A model generated the notes under the pieces. The model searched no databases and was not told where the DNA came from. It saw only the letters and a list, made by a program, of their open reading frames with translations. A program made the position numbers and the translations under genes. From Candidatus Multivoradales bacterium (GTDB taxonomy: Bacteria; Acidobacteriota; Thermoanaerobaculia; Multivoradales; JAHEKO01), in assembly GCA_965223155.1 (NCBI GenBank), contig CBDCVR010000013.1, positions 96,001 through 160,000 on the forward strand: a stretch of 64,000 nt of DNA, written 5' to 3'. Below, in pieces: positions 30,193 through 40,338 of the stretch (positions are counted from its first letter, which is position 1; each line of letters starts with the position of its first letter).

Positions 30193-32300
30193 TGGCGCCG
30201 CCTCGGATCCTGCTGGTCGAGGACCAGGAGGATGACATGCTTCTCGTGAAGAGGGCACTGACCGAAGGCGGTCTAGGGGCCGAGTGCGATTGGGTTCAGG
30301 CCGTCGAGGAGGTGCCCGATGCCTTGGCCCGCTCGAGGTACGACATCGTTCTGTCGGATTTCGAGCTTCCAGGCAAGAACGGCCTGGCCAGCGTCGAGGC
30401 GGTGACCGAGGCGGGATTGGATATCCCCGTGATCCTTGTTTCCGGCACCATCGGCGAGGAGGCGGCGGTACGGGCGATGCGGGCGGGAGTCCGCGACTAC
30501 ATCATGAAGGACAATCTGGTTCGCTTGGCTCCGGCTGTGCGCCGGGAGCTGGCCGAGGCCGAAGCACGCCGCGAACGGCGGGGTATCGAAGAGACCCTGG
30601 AAAGTGAGCGTTTGCGGGCCCAAGTGACCCTCGCGTCGATCGCCGAGGGTGTTGTCCGGATCGATGACCGGCTGTGTGTCGAGTATCTCAATCCCTCAGC
30701 CGAGCGGCTAACCGGGTGGACCTGCTCCGAAGCCCGGGGGCAACCGGTCGAGGAGGTAGTCCAGGTTGTGGACGCGGGAACGCGGGCGCCGCTGCAGCTT
30801 CCGGTGGTGCGGGCCCTCCGGGAGCGCCGTTCCCAGCAACCCTCAGGACAGCGCCTGCTGAGAAACCGCAACGGTGACGTGACTCCGATTCGGGATTCTG
30901 CCGCTCCGATCTCGGGCACTGGCGAAGGGCCCAGTGGTGTGGTGCTGGTTCTGCGGGACCTGGCTTGGCGTCGAGCCATGGAACGGCAGGTATCGACACT
31001 TTCTCGCTACGATCCCGGCACACACCTGCTGAATCGCCGGAGCTTCGAGCTGGATCTGCGCTCGGCCTTCCGCGAGGCGGAGCAGAGTGGCCGCGACCTG
31101 AGCCTCGTCTACGTCGATATCGACCGGTTCAACGTCGTGAACGAAACCGAGGGACCGGTCGCCGGCGATGCCTTCTTGCGTGAGATCGCAGAGACGTTGC
31201 GATCCGGCTGCGCTTCCACGGACGTGGTTGGCCGCCTGGGGGGTGACGAGTTCGGGATCTTGCTGCCGGACTGCGACCGCGAGTCGGCGTTCGATCGCTC
31301 GCAGCGTCTCGCGGCCTCTATCGCCAAGTCTCGCTTCGAGTGGGCGAACACCAAGTTCCGAATCACCGCGAGTGTGGGCGTGGCGGCTCTCGACGAGGTG
31401 CCTAGCGATCCTTCCGGCTTGATGACCGCCGCAGAGAGCGCCTGTCTCATGGCCAAGGAGTCCGGTGGCGATCGCGTGCACCAGCATCGGACGGGTGACG
31501 AGAGCCTGGTGCGTCGCACTGGTGAGGCGCACTGGATCCCGCGCTTGCAACGCGCCTTGGATCGGGATGAGTTTCGGTTGTATTCCCAGCCGATGGTGCC
31601 AATCGGGCCGGGCAACCGACCGGTGATTCACGAGGTCTTGCTCCGTTTGGAGACCGAAGACGGTGACCTCGTGGTTCCCGGCCAGTTTCTGCCGGCCGCA
31701 GAGCGCTACCACATGATGCCCGAACTGGATCGGTGGGTGATCGAGACCGTCCTGCGCACGCTTGCGGAGCTCGGTCTTGAAGAGCTAGGTGCCCACTTTT
31801 CGATCAATCTTTCGGGCCAGAGCCTGACTCGGCCGGAGTTCTTGGAGTTTCTTTCCAGCGAAGTGATCCGCTCGAACATGCCGGCGGCACGACTGTGTTT
31901 CGAGATTACCGAAACCGCGGCGATCGCCGACTTTCGGGATGCCGTCCGGCTGATCGAGCTCTTGCAGGGCTTGGGCTGCCGCTTTGCGCTGGACGATTTC
32001 GGGAGTGGCGTCAGCTCGTTCAACTATCTTCAGGCCTTGCCCGTAGACTATTTGAAGATCGACGGCGGGTTGGTGCGGCACTGCAAGAGCGACCCGGTAC
32101 AAAAGGCCATCGTCGAGTCGGTTGCCAAGATCGGCCGGTTGATGGGTATCGCCACCATATCGGAGTGCGTGGAGGACGAGGAGACCGCGCACTCGGTGGC
32201 CGAGCTCGGCGTCGACTACGCACAGGGATATTGGTTTGGAAGACCGGCGCCGCTGGTTCGGGAGAATCTGAAGACGGCTGCGTCCTACTCCAGCGCATAG
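30192..32300 (+). CDS. REC-PAS-GGDEF-EAL c-di-GMP enzyme
   Basis: REC domain, PAS (YLNPSAERLTGW), DIDRF..VN, RLGGDEF, EVLLR, EITE, DDFGSG, KID, QGY. Confidence 0.93.
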   Translation: MAPPRILLVEDQEDDMLLVKRALTEGGLGAECDWVQAVEEVPDALARSRYDIVLSDFELPGKNGLASVEAVTEAGLDIPVILVSGTIGEEAAVRAMRAGVRDYIMKDNLVRLAPAVRRELAEAEARRERRGIEETLESERLRAQVTLASIAEGVVRIDDRLCVEYLNPSAERLTGWTCSEARGQPVEEVVQVVDAGTRAPLQLPVVRALRERRSQQPSGQRLLRNRNGDVTPIRDSAAPISGTGEGPSGVVLVLRDLAWRRAMERQVSTLSRYDPGTHLLNRRSFELDLRSAFREAEQSGRDLSLVYVDIDRFNVVNETEGPVAGDAFLREIAETLRSGCASTDVVGRLGGDEFGILLPDCDRESAFDRSQRLAASIAKSRFEWANTKFRITASVGVAALDEVPSDPSGLMTAAESACLMAKESGGDRVHQHRTGDESLVRRTGEAHWIPRLQRALDRDEFRLYSQPMVPIGPGNRPVIHEVLLRLETEDGDLVVPGQFLPAAERYHMMPELDRWVIETVLRTLAELGLEELGAHFSINLSGQSLTRPEFLEFLSSEVIRSNMPAARLCFEITETAAIADFRDAVRLIELLQGLGCRFALDDFGSGVSSFNYLQALPVDYLKIDGGLVRHCKSDPVQKAIVESVAKIGRLMGIATISECVEDEETAHSVAELGVDYAQGYWFGRPAPLVRENLKTAASYSSA

Positions 32301-32313
32301 CCTGCGAGGTCCA

Positions 32314-35300
32314 ATGGTGAGGCTCCGACGACCTATCAGAGCGAAGGCTTGGTGGTGTGCCTGCGTCCTGGTGCTGAGGGCTTCGATACTGGCGGCAGGG
32401 CAGGAAGCTGAGGAGAAGCAGAGCGCCCTGGGCTCGCCTGCGATTCGATTCCAGAATTTCGGCATCGATGATGGGCTTGCCGACCGGTCGGTCCAGGCCG
32501 TACTTCAGGATCGGCTCGGTTTCCTGTGGGTGGGAACCCTGGGCGGGGTCCATCGCTACGATGGATATTCGTTCGAGCTGTTCGAGCCTGAAGGCGAGAC
32601 GGCCGCCGTGACTGCGATGGTCGAAGGTCCCGACGGCACGCTCTGGATTGGGACCGAGACCGGCCTCTTACGACTCGATCCCACAACCGAGCGGTTCTCC
32701 TCGGTGCCTTACGATCCCGAGCAGAAGCCCCGGGCCCGGCATCGAGACGTAGCGGTGCTGCAAGTCGACCGGGCTGGGACGGTGTGGGTAGGGACCGGAG
32801 CCGGACTCGACCTGCTGGACGCTACCAGCTCGTCGTATCGACGGGATCCAGCAGCGGAGGCACTCAAGCGGCACTTCGAGAATGTGGAGATATCTACCTT
32901 CTTCGAGGATCAAGCTGGAAAGATCTGGATCGGGACCGAAGGACTAGGTCTCTATCGGATCAACCCTGACCTGACGGTCGATCGCCACTTTCGACACGAT
33001 CCCGGCCTGAAGGGGTCGCTGCCTGAGGATTCAGTCAGGGCGGTTCAAGAGGATCGAGACGGCTCGGTCTGGGTGGGCACGAATCGGCGCGGGCTTTGGC
33101 GTCTGGATCCGGCGACGGATCGGTTTCGGGACTACTCGATGCGGGTCGTGGATCTCGAGGAGCCTGCGGAGGTTGTCGTGTGGGAATTGCTACTCGACCG
33201 CAGCGACACGCTCTGGGCGGCGACCTATGGCGATGGCCTCTATCGTCTGGATCGAGAAAGCGATCGATTCGTGGCGTTGCGCTCGAGTTCGCTCGATCTC
33301 GAAAGTCTGAGTCACAATCAGGTGAGGAGTCTCTACCAGGACAGGGCCGGAGCGCTTTGGGTGGGGACTTATGGCGGGGGCCTCAACAAGTGGGATCCGG
33401 GCGCGGCGAAGTTTCGCACCTACCGCCATCTACCCGGCAGTCCGTTGGAGTCGATCCCGCCCGGCGAGGTCTATTCGGTGCTCGAGGACTCCGCTGGCCG
33501 CATCTGGACGGGAACGTTCGGCGGCGGCGTGTCCCGTTACGACCCCCGGGACGGCACCTATTCTCACTTTCGGCACGATGCCGCCGACCCGACGTCGCTG
33601 AGCAGCGATCGCGTTCTCGAGCTCTTCGAGGACTCATCCGGCCGGGTCTGGATAGGTACCTACGATGCCGGTCTCAATCGCTTCGTGCCGGACAGGAATG
33701 CGTTCGTCCAGTATGTCGAGCGTCCCGGCGACACGGCCAGCCTGCTGGACAACGATGTGCGGGGAATCGCAGAGGATAACGATGGCTATCTCTGGGTCGC
33801 GACATTTCGGGGTGGGCTGCAGCGCCTCGATCCGGAGTCGGATGAGTTCACGCACTTCCAGCACGATCCGAGCGATCCAAGGAGCTTGAGCTCGGCCCCT
33901 ATTACCAGTCTTCGGATGGGGCCAGACGACGCCCTCTGGACGGGACACTGGGTGGGGGGGCTCAACCGTTTCGATCTGAAGACCAACACCGTTCAGCGCT
34001 TCGAGACCACCGACGCCGAGCAGTCGCTCGGTGACAACCGTGTCTGGGGTATCGCGGTGGATCCTTCCGGTGATCTGTGGATCGCAACCGGCCGTGGCCT
34101 CAATCGGATGGATATCGAGACCCGAAGCTTCGAGCGCCTCATGAACCCGGACTCGTCGGCCAATCAGAGCTATTCCAGCCTGGTGCTCGACGAGGCGGGG
34201 GCCGTCTGGCTAGGAACCCGTACTGGCATTGTTCGTTTCGAGCCTGGCACGAAGTCCTTTGCCAGCTACGATGCTGGCGACGGTGCTCAGAATGGTTACT
34301 TGAATTCCAGCTCGAGCGCGATTCGCACGAGCACCAATGAGTTGCTCTTCGGGGGGGTGGCCGGCTTGACCGCCTTCTCGACGGAAGAGATTACCGTCAG
34401 CCTGGTCCCTCCACCGGCAGTCCTGACCGATTTCCAGGTTTTCAACCGACCGGTCGAGATCGGCGGCGACTCGCCGCTAGATCGGTCGATCGTTCAGGCG
34501 GAGGAGATCGTCCTCGAGCCCAGGCACAAGGTCTTTTCAATCAGCTTCAGCGGACTGAACTTCCGCGCGCCTTGGAAGAACCGATACCGGTATCGGCTTC
34601 GAGGGTTCGATGCCCGATGGACGGAGACCGATTCGCGGAGGCGGTTCGTAACGTACACGAGCCTGCCCGCCGGGAAATACACGTTCGAGGTTCTAGCCGC
34701 CAACAATGACGGCCAATGGAGCAAGCGGCCGCGCGAACTTTCGATCCGGGTGCTGCCCCCGTTCTGGAAGACTTGGTGGTTTCGCGTGCTGGCCGGTGTG
34801 CTGCTGACCCTGGGTGTTTGGGGCGCCCACGGTCTGAGGCTACGAGCAATCCGCCAGCAGAATCGTGAGCTCGAGCTCAGAGTGGATCAGCGTACTTCTG
34901 AGCTCCAGAAGGCCAACGACGAACTCGAAGCCGCAAACGATGAGCTCGAGGCCTTTGCCGGTATGGTGTCTCACGATCTAAGGGCTCCGTTGCGGGCAGT
35001 CGACGGGTACAGTGGAATCCTGCTCGAAGAGCTGGGCTCCTCCGCGCCGCAGACGGCCATCGAGCGGTTCGGCCGGATTCGCTCTCGGACCAGGGAAATG
35101 CAACAGCTGCTCGACGATCTCTTGAGTTTCTGCCGAGTTCGAGACAGCGCCATGGAGGCACGCTCGATCGATCTCTCAGCGCTGGCCGAGCGCATCGCCG
35201 CTGACCTGGCCGACCAGCATCCCGAGCGCATTGTCGCGGTGGACATCGAGCCGGGGTTGCACGCCCAGGGCGACGAGAGCCTGATCCGGGTCGTCGTACG

Positions 35301-35667
35301 GAATCTGCTCGAGAACGCCTGGAAGTACTCTGCTCGCGAACCCCGCGCTCGGGTCGAGGTCGGCTCCGTGGAGGTGGATGGCGTTTCGGCATTTTTCGTG
35401 CGAGACAACGGCGCCGGCTTCGACCCGACGTACCAGGACAAGCTCTTCCGGGCCTTCGAGCGGCTCCATCGGTCGGAAGAGTTCCGTGGCGCGGGCTTGG
35501 GTCTTGCGACCGTACAGAAGATCGTCCATCGTCACGGCGGTACCGTTTGGGCGTCTTCCGAGCTCGGCCAGGGTGCGACCTTCTTCATCGCCTTGCCGAC
35601 CGCGCCCGACCCAGGTCCCGAGCCGGAGGTGAACCGTAGCGGCTTCTGGCCCCGATGGACCGACTAG
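32314..35667 (+). CDS. Beta-propeller/Y_Y_Y sensor histidine kinase
   Basis: Repeated ED..G.LW.GT..GL blades, YRYRL.GFD..W, YT.LP.G.Y.F, PPFWKTWWF TM, SHDLRAPLR, NLL.NAWKY, GLGLA. Confidence 0.93.
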   Translation: MVRLRRPIRAKAWWCACVLVLRASILAAGQEAEEKQSALGSPAIRFQNFGIDDGLADRSVQAVLQDRLGFLWVGTLGGVHRYDGYSFELFEPEGETAAVTAMVEGPDGTLWIGTETGLLRLDPTTERFSSVPYDPEQKPRARHRDVAVLQVDRAGTVWVGTGAGLDLLDATSSSYRRDPAAEALKRHFENVEISTFFEDQAGKIWIGTEGLGLYRINPDLTVDRHFRHDPGLKGSLPEDSVRAVQEDRDGSVWVGTNRRGLWRLDPATDRFRDYSMRVVDLEEPAEVVVWELLLDRSDTLWAATYGDGLYRLDRESDRFVALRSSSLDLESLSHNQVRSLYQDRAGALWVGTYGGGLNKWDPGAAKFRTYRHLPGSPLESIPPGEVYSVLEDSAGRIWTGTFGGGVSRYDPRDGTYSHFRHDAADPTSLSSDRVLELFEDSSGRVWIGTYDAGLNRFVPDRNAFVQYVERPGDTASLLDNDVRGIAEDNDGYLWVATFRGGLQRLDPESDEFTHFQHDPSDPRSLSSAPITSLRMGPDDALWTGHWVGGLNRFDLKTNTVQRFETTDAEQSLGDNRVWGIAVDPSGDLWIATGRGLNRMDIETRSFERLMNPDSSANQSYSSLVLDEAGAVWLGTRTGIVRFEPGTKSFASYDAGDGAQNGYLNSSSSAIRTSTNELLFGGVAGLTAFSTEEITVSLVPPPAVLTDFQVFNRPVEIGGDSPLDRSIVQAEEIVLEPRHKVFSISFSGLNFRAPWKNRYRYRLRGFDARWTETDSRRRFVTYTSLPAGKYTFEVLAANNDGQWSKRPRELSIRVLPPFWKTWWFRVLAGVLLTLGVWGAHGLRLRAIRQQNRELELRVDQRTSELQKANDELEAANDELEAFAGMVSHDLRAPLRAVDGYSGILLEELGSSAPQTAIERFGRIRSRTREMQQLLDDLLSFCRVRDSAMEARSIDLSALAERIAADLADQHPERIVAVDIEPGLHAQGDESLIRVVVRNLLENAWKYSAREPRARVEVGSVEVDGVSAFFVRDNGAGFDPTYQDKLFRAFERLHRSEEFRGAGLGLATVQKIVHRHGGTVWASSELGQGATFFIALPTAPDPGPEPEVNRSGFWPRWTD

Positions 35668-36480
35668 GGCCTGTTAACACTTAAGGGTTAGGATCGTATA
35701 AGCTCCGTGCATGGAAATCACGGAGAAACAGTACGAGCGCATTGCAGATTGCTTTCCAGTGCAGCGAGGCAACGTCAGCGTGCCGAATGTTCAAGTGCTG
35801 AACGCAATTCTCTACGTTGCCGAACACGGCTGCAAGTGGCGCGGGCTCCCGAAACGATTCGGGAATTGGCACACGATCTACACTCGCATGAACCGTTGGT
35901 CCAAGAACGGCGTGTTGGATCGGGTGTTCGCGCGGCTCCAAGAGGAGCAGATCGTGCGAGTCAAGATCGAGGCCGTGTCACTTGACAGCACGATCGTGCG
36001 GGTTCACCCCGACGGTACGGGAGCATTAAAAAAAACGGCCCCCAGGCCATTGGAAAGTCCCGCGGTGGATGGACCACCAAGATTCATATGGTTGCCGCAG
36101 ATGCTCGAACAGCCATCACCTTCTGCCTCTCGCCCGGCCAAGCGCACGATGCGCCCGTCGGCCGATGCTTGCTGAAAGACCTGGGCCGACCGAAGCAACC
36201 GATCGCGCTTGTCATGGACCGAGCCTACGAAGGCAACGAAACCCGACAACTCGCTCTGAATCTCGGCTATACCCCTGTCGTGCCACCCTTGAGCACTCGC
36301 CTTCGGCCCTGGGCCTACGACCGGCTCCTCTACAAACGTCGCAACGAGATCGAACGGCTCTTTCGCCGGCTCAAAGGCTACCGGCGCATCTTTTCCAGAT
36401 TCGAGAAGCTCGACGTCATGTACATCGCCTTCATCCATTTCGCCCTCATCGCTGATGCACTGCGACAGTGTTAACACGCC
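35668..36480 (+). mobile_element. IS5-family insertion sequence (813 bp, IS427-like)
   Basis: Terminal IRs GGCCTGTTAACACT / AGTGTTAACACGCC (13/14 match); CTAG duplicated at 35664-35667 and 36481-36484. Confidence 0.92.
35711..36474 (+). CDS. IS5 transposase, OrfA/OrfB joined by a -1 frameshift
   Basis: OrfA GCKWRGLP..FG.W.T.Y.R..RW and LDST; slippery TTAAAAAAAAC near 36026-36036; -1 frame gives KSRGGWTTKIH, DRAY, YK.RN.IER.F..LK. Confidence 0.9.
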
Positions 36481-37536
36481 CTAGTGCAAGGTCTGGCCGG
36501 TTTCGATCTCCAGCAGCCGGCGTTTGCGCCAGACACCGCCGCCGTAGCCCGACAGGCTACCATCGGCCGCGATGACCCGGTGACAGGGAATCAGGACGGC
36601 GATGCGATTGTCGCCGTTCGCCCGCGCCACAGCACGAACCGCCTCGGGCCGGCCCAGCGCGGTTGCTATCTCAGAGTAGCTCCGCGTCTCGCCGTAGGGG
36701 ATGCGCCGCAGTTCGCGCCAGACGGACTCCTGAAACGGCGTCCCTGGCGCGGCTAGGGACACGTCGAATTCCCGGAGTCGGCCCTCGAAATAGGCTGCGA
36801 GTTGGCGCTCGAGTCTTGGAAAGAGAGGCGAAGACTCGGGAATCGTCACTGCATTCCAACGCCGGACCAGCGTCTGGAGCTGGCGCGGGAGCTGGCGCCG
36901 GTCGGCGAACTCCAGCAACACGAGCTCGTCCGTGGTCGCCGCGGCGAGCATCCATCCCAGGGGTGTGTCGATGCGGTTGACGAAGATCTCGGTGATCTCG
37001 CGGCTCCTGACCGGACTGTGTCCGGTGAACCGGTGAAATGCGTCGCCGAAGCCGCTCAGCGAATCGAAGCCGCTATCGAAGGCAGCGTCAGTGACGCGCT
37101 CGCCGTGGCGGATTCGACCCAGCGCCCGGCCCAGGCGCCGGGCTCTGCTGTAGGCGTGAAAGGTCATTCCCAGGTGGGTTTGAAACCAACGCCGGACCCG
37201 CGACGGGCTGAGGCCGAGTTGGCGCAGGTCCTGGTCGCGCCAGCGAACCTCAGGCTCGCGATCGACTCGATTCAAGAGGTCGGCGATCCAGTCCGGAGTC
37301 TGGCGCGGGTTGAGCGGCCGGCACCGCTTGCACGGTCGGTAGCCGGCGTGCAACGCCTGGCCGCAGTCGGAGAAGAACTCCACGTTCTCCGGCTTGGGCT
37401 TGCGCGCCGGACACGTCGGCAAGCAGAAGATTCCTGTGGTTCGGACGCCGGTCAGGAAGACCCCTTCGTAGCTCGCATCGCGGTTCATGAAGGCCGCCAC
37501 CATCTCGGTCTTGGGAGGAAGCGCTGTATTTCTCAT
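36481..37536 (-). CDS. ada: Bifunctional Ada transcriptional activator / O6-methylguanine-DNA methyltransferase
   Basis: TTGIFC.P.C.AR.P, PCKRC zinc site, AraC HTH, IPCHRV active site. Confidence 0.95.
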   Translation of the reverse strand: MRNTALPPKTEMVAAFMNRDASYEGVFLTGVRTTGIFCLPTCPARKPKPENVEFFSDCGQALHAGYRPCKRCRPLNPRQTPDWIADLLNRVDREPEVRWRDQDLRQLGLSPSRVRRWFQTHLGMTFHAYSRARRLGRALGRIRHGERVTDAAFDSGFDSLSGFGDAFHRFTGHSPVRSREITEIFVNRIDTPLGWMLAAATTDELVLLEFADRRQLPRQLQTLVRRWNAVTIPESSPLFPRLERQLAAYFEGRLREFDVSLAAPGTPFQESVWRELRRIPYGETRSYSEIATALGRPEAVRAVARANGDNRIAVLIPCHRVIAADGSLSGYGGGVWRKRRLLEIETGQTLH

Positions 37537-37599
37537 GGCGCGATCCTGAAGGTATCGCGGAATGCTCGCAACCGATTCCGGTACGTCGAATTCGAGCGT

Positions 37600-40230
37600 T
37601 TAGTCGGGGTCTGACTGATCCCCGGAACCGCCGTCCTGACCAGGGTTCGGCCCGACCACCGAGACCAGCCAGTCTGAAGGCACCAGGTGGCGCCCCGCCA
37701 CGCGCCGGACTTCCTCGGCAGTAACTTGGCGGATTCGGCGCTCGATCTCGTCGAAGTCGGCTCCCAAGCCCAGGAGTAGCTCTTGCCGGGCGCGCTGCCT
37801 CGCCCGATCGGCGTGCGACACGGTCGAGAAAGAGCCCACGGTCTTGTCCTGGGCGTTCTTGAGCTCTTCACTGGTGATGCCTTCCGCTGCCAGTGTCGCA
37901 ACGGCTTCCCGAATTCCCTCGATCAAGCGCTCGGCGTTGTCAGGAGAGACTCCGGCTTGAACCGTGAGGAGGCTTGGGCCAAGCCGTGCCTCGAGGTCAG
38001 CCACGAGCCAGTAGGCGAGCGGTTCGTCCCCGCGCACGAAGGTGTAGAACAGTCGAGACCAGAGGACCCGAGCGGCGACCTGGAGTGGAAAGAAGTCGTC
38101 GCTCCGCGCTCCAACCGTGGGCAGGCCGGTCGCGACCTGGCTTTGTGGGACGTCCCGAGAGATCGCGATGGAGCCCGGCGCCGGTGCGAGGTACCGTGCG
38201 GCAAGCGGAGCCCGCCAGCTCGTCCCGGGGGGAAGGCCTTCGAGAGGAGCCAGAAGGTCACGCGCGCCGCCGAGATCCGTCCCGCCGGCGAGGGCGAGGA
38301 TCGTACGCCGGCCCCGCAACGTCTCCTCGAGGAACTCCGAAAGTCGATCGGTGTCGATGCGATCCAGGGACTCGGCCAGGGGTTGAACGCCGTAGGGATG
38401 GCCAGGGAAGAGCGCGCGCACGAGCCGCGAGCGGACGAGGTTCTCGCTCCTTCCGGATCGGGACGCGACCGCGGCCTGCACCCGTCGGCGTGCCGAGTCC
38501 ACGAGCCCGGGTGTGATGCGCGGGCTGGCGACCGCCTGAGCGAGCGCACCGATGAGTTCGGGAGAGTCCTCGGCCAGAGACTCGATCGCGATGCCGATGG
38601 AGTCGGGTGTCGAACGCACCAGGACACGGCCGCCGACCGAGGCGACGAACTCTTCCAGGGTTTCTTCGCCGTTGACAGGTTGCAGAGCGAGACTCTGGGC
38701 CGCGAGTTCGACGAGGCCGCCCAGAGATTCCGGGACGTTCCACGGCGCTCCGGCCAGGAGTAGTTCGAGAGCCTGGATCGGGCTGCCGGGGCGCTCCTCT
38801 AGGAGGACGGTAGAGCCGTTCGCCAAGGCCATGCGGCTGATCTTGGAAGCGCCGTCAGCCTCGACCGAGGCTTGAGGCCATCTCGCAGCGGTCTCATCGG
38901 CCAGGTCCCGCCATCCCGCCGGTTCCAGGTTCGCTCCACCGGCGACGAGGTTGCAGCGGCTGGGGTCGAGATACCTGGCCACGACTCGAGAGACATCCGC
39001 GGTGGTGACGCCCTGGATGCGCTCGTCGTAGTGGAGCTCGAGGACGTAGCCGCCGGCGAGCTCCGCTTCGGCAAGGGCCCCGGCGCGGCGGCTCAGCGAC
39101 TCCTGGGCGAGGGCCCGCTCGAACTGGATCGATCGCCGCGCCCGCCGCGCCTCAGCGTCGTCAGGTTCATGCCTCGCCAGGTCGGCGAGTACCTCCCAGA
39201 AACGTGTGAGGACGCGGCGCTCCTGGCCGGCGGGAACTTCGAGTTGGAAGGTGAAAAGACCCGGGTCGCGAGCGCGGCTCGAGGCGGCTGAAGCCGAAAG
39301 CGCCGCTCCGGATTCGAGCAACGCGATTGCGAGCCGGGAGCCGGCGCCGCCGGCCAGGATCTGGCTCGCGACGTCGAGCACTGCGGCGTCGGGGTGCGCC
39401 ACTCCCGGAACCTTGCATCCGAGAAGCAACCGGGTGGCCTCGGTGGGGCCAGAGACGAAGACCTCACGATAGTGCGGCTGCGGAGGCTCGGGCGTGTTCA
39501 GCTCGAAGCTGGGCGCGCCCGCGGAGTAGCCGCCGAAAGCGGATTCGATCTGCTCCCGCGTGGCGGCCGGGCCGAGATCGCCGATCACCACGAGGAAGAG
39601 GTGATTCGGCGTGAACCTCTCCGAGTGGAGCGTCCGGAGGGTCTCGGTGGAAACGTCGCGGACCACTTCCTCCCGGCCGATCGTCATGCTCCGGTACGGA
39701 TGCCGAGTAAAGGCGATGGGCCAGAGAGCGTGGGCCGCCGGTCCGAACGGCATGGCCAGGCCACGAGACAACTCTTGCAGAACCACCTCCCGCTCCTGAC
39801 CTACCTTGGCGTCCGTGATCTCGACGTCGAACAGCGCCTCGGCGTACGACTCGAGGCTGGCTGGGAGTTCCCCGGACGGGACCTGGAAGCTGTAGCAGCT
39901 CCCGTCCTGGCTGGTAGATCCACCGAAGTTCATCTTCGAACGCACTGAGCGCCATTCCAGCTCTGGAAGCGAGGCCGTGCCGCCCCGGCCGATCAGGTGC
40001 TCCACGAAGTGCGTGAGCCCTTTTTCTTCGAGCGTCTCGGTTCGTCCTCCGATCCGAAAGCATCCGGTCACCGCCACTTCGGGGCGGCTGCGATCTTCGA
40101 CGAGAACGTATTCCAGGCCGTTGGAAAGCGTGCCCGAGGAGAGGCCGGGGCTCGCCGTCGCCGCTGAGGTCAGGAGCAGGCTCAGTCCAGCGGCCAGCAC
40201 CGACATCCTCTGAGTTCCGTCTCCGGTCAT
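37600..40230 (-). CDS. M16 (pitrilysin) zinc peptidase, fused two-half form
   Basis: L.NGL, G.THFVEH (HxxEH), E..VV.QE, HPY...IG; second inactive half (L.NG, HPYG); signal peptide. Confidence 0.9.
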   Translation of the reverse strand: MTGDGTQRMSVLAAGLSLLLTSAATASPGLSSGTLSNGLEYVLVEDRSRPEVAVTGCFRIGGRTETLEEKGLTHFVEHLIGRGGTASLPELEWRSVRSKMNFGGSTSQDGSCYSFQVPSGELPASLESYAEALFDVEITDAKVGQEREVVLQELSRGLAMPFGPAAHALWPIAFTRHPYRSMTIGREEVVRDVSTETLRTLHSERFTPNHLFLVVIGDLGPAATREQIESAFGGYSAGAPSFELNTPEPPQPHYREVFVSGPTEATRLLLGCKVPGVAHPDAAVLDVASQILAGGAGSRLAIALLESGAALSASAASSRARDPGLFTFQLEVPAGQERRVLTRFWEVLADLARHEPDDAEARRARRSIQFERALAQESLSRRAGALAEAELAGGYVLELHYDERIQGVTTADVSRVVARYLDPSRCNLVAGGANLEPAGWRDLADETAARWPQASVEADGASKISRMALANGSTVLLEERPGSPIQALELLLAGAPWNVPESLGGLVELAAQSLALQPVNGEETLEEFVASVGGRVLVRSTPDSIGIAIESLAEDSPELIGALAQAVASPRITPGLVDSARRRVQAAVASRSGRSENLVRSRLVRALFPGHPYGVQPLAESLDRIDTDRLSEFLEETLRGRRTILALAGGTDLGGARDLLAPLEGLPPGTSWRAPLAARYLAPAPGSIAISRDVPQSQVATGLPTVGARSDDFFPLQVAARVLWSRLFYTFVRGDEPLAYWLVADLEARLGPSLLTVQAGVSPDNAERLIEGIREAVATLAAEGITSEELKNAQDKTVGSFSTVSHADRARQRARQELLLGLGADFDEIERRIRQVTAEEVRRVAGRHLVPSDWLVSVVGPNPGQDGGSGDQSDPD

Positions 40231-40338
40231 GGACTATCGACGTTACACTGCCTCCGGGGAACGTTCCAGGAGACCGAGCGAGGTTGAGTGGATTGTCTCG
40301 GACCGCATGGTAGCGTCGCGGGGCAGCTACGTTGTGCG

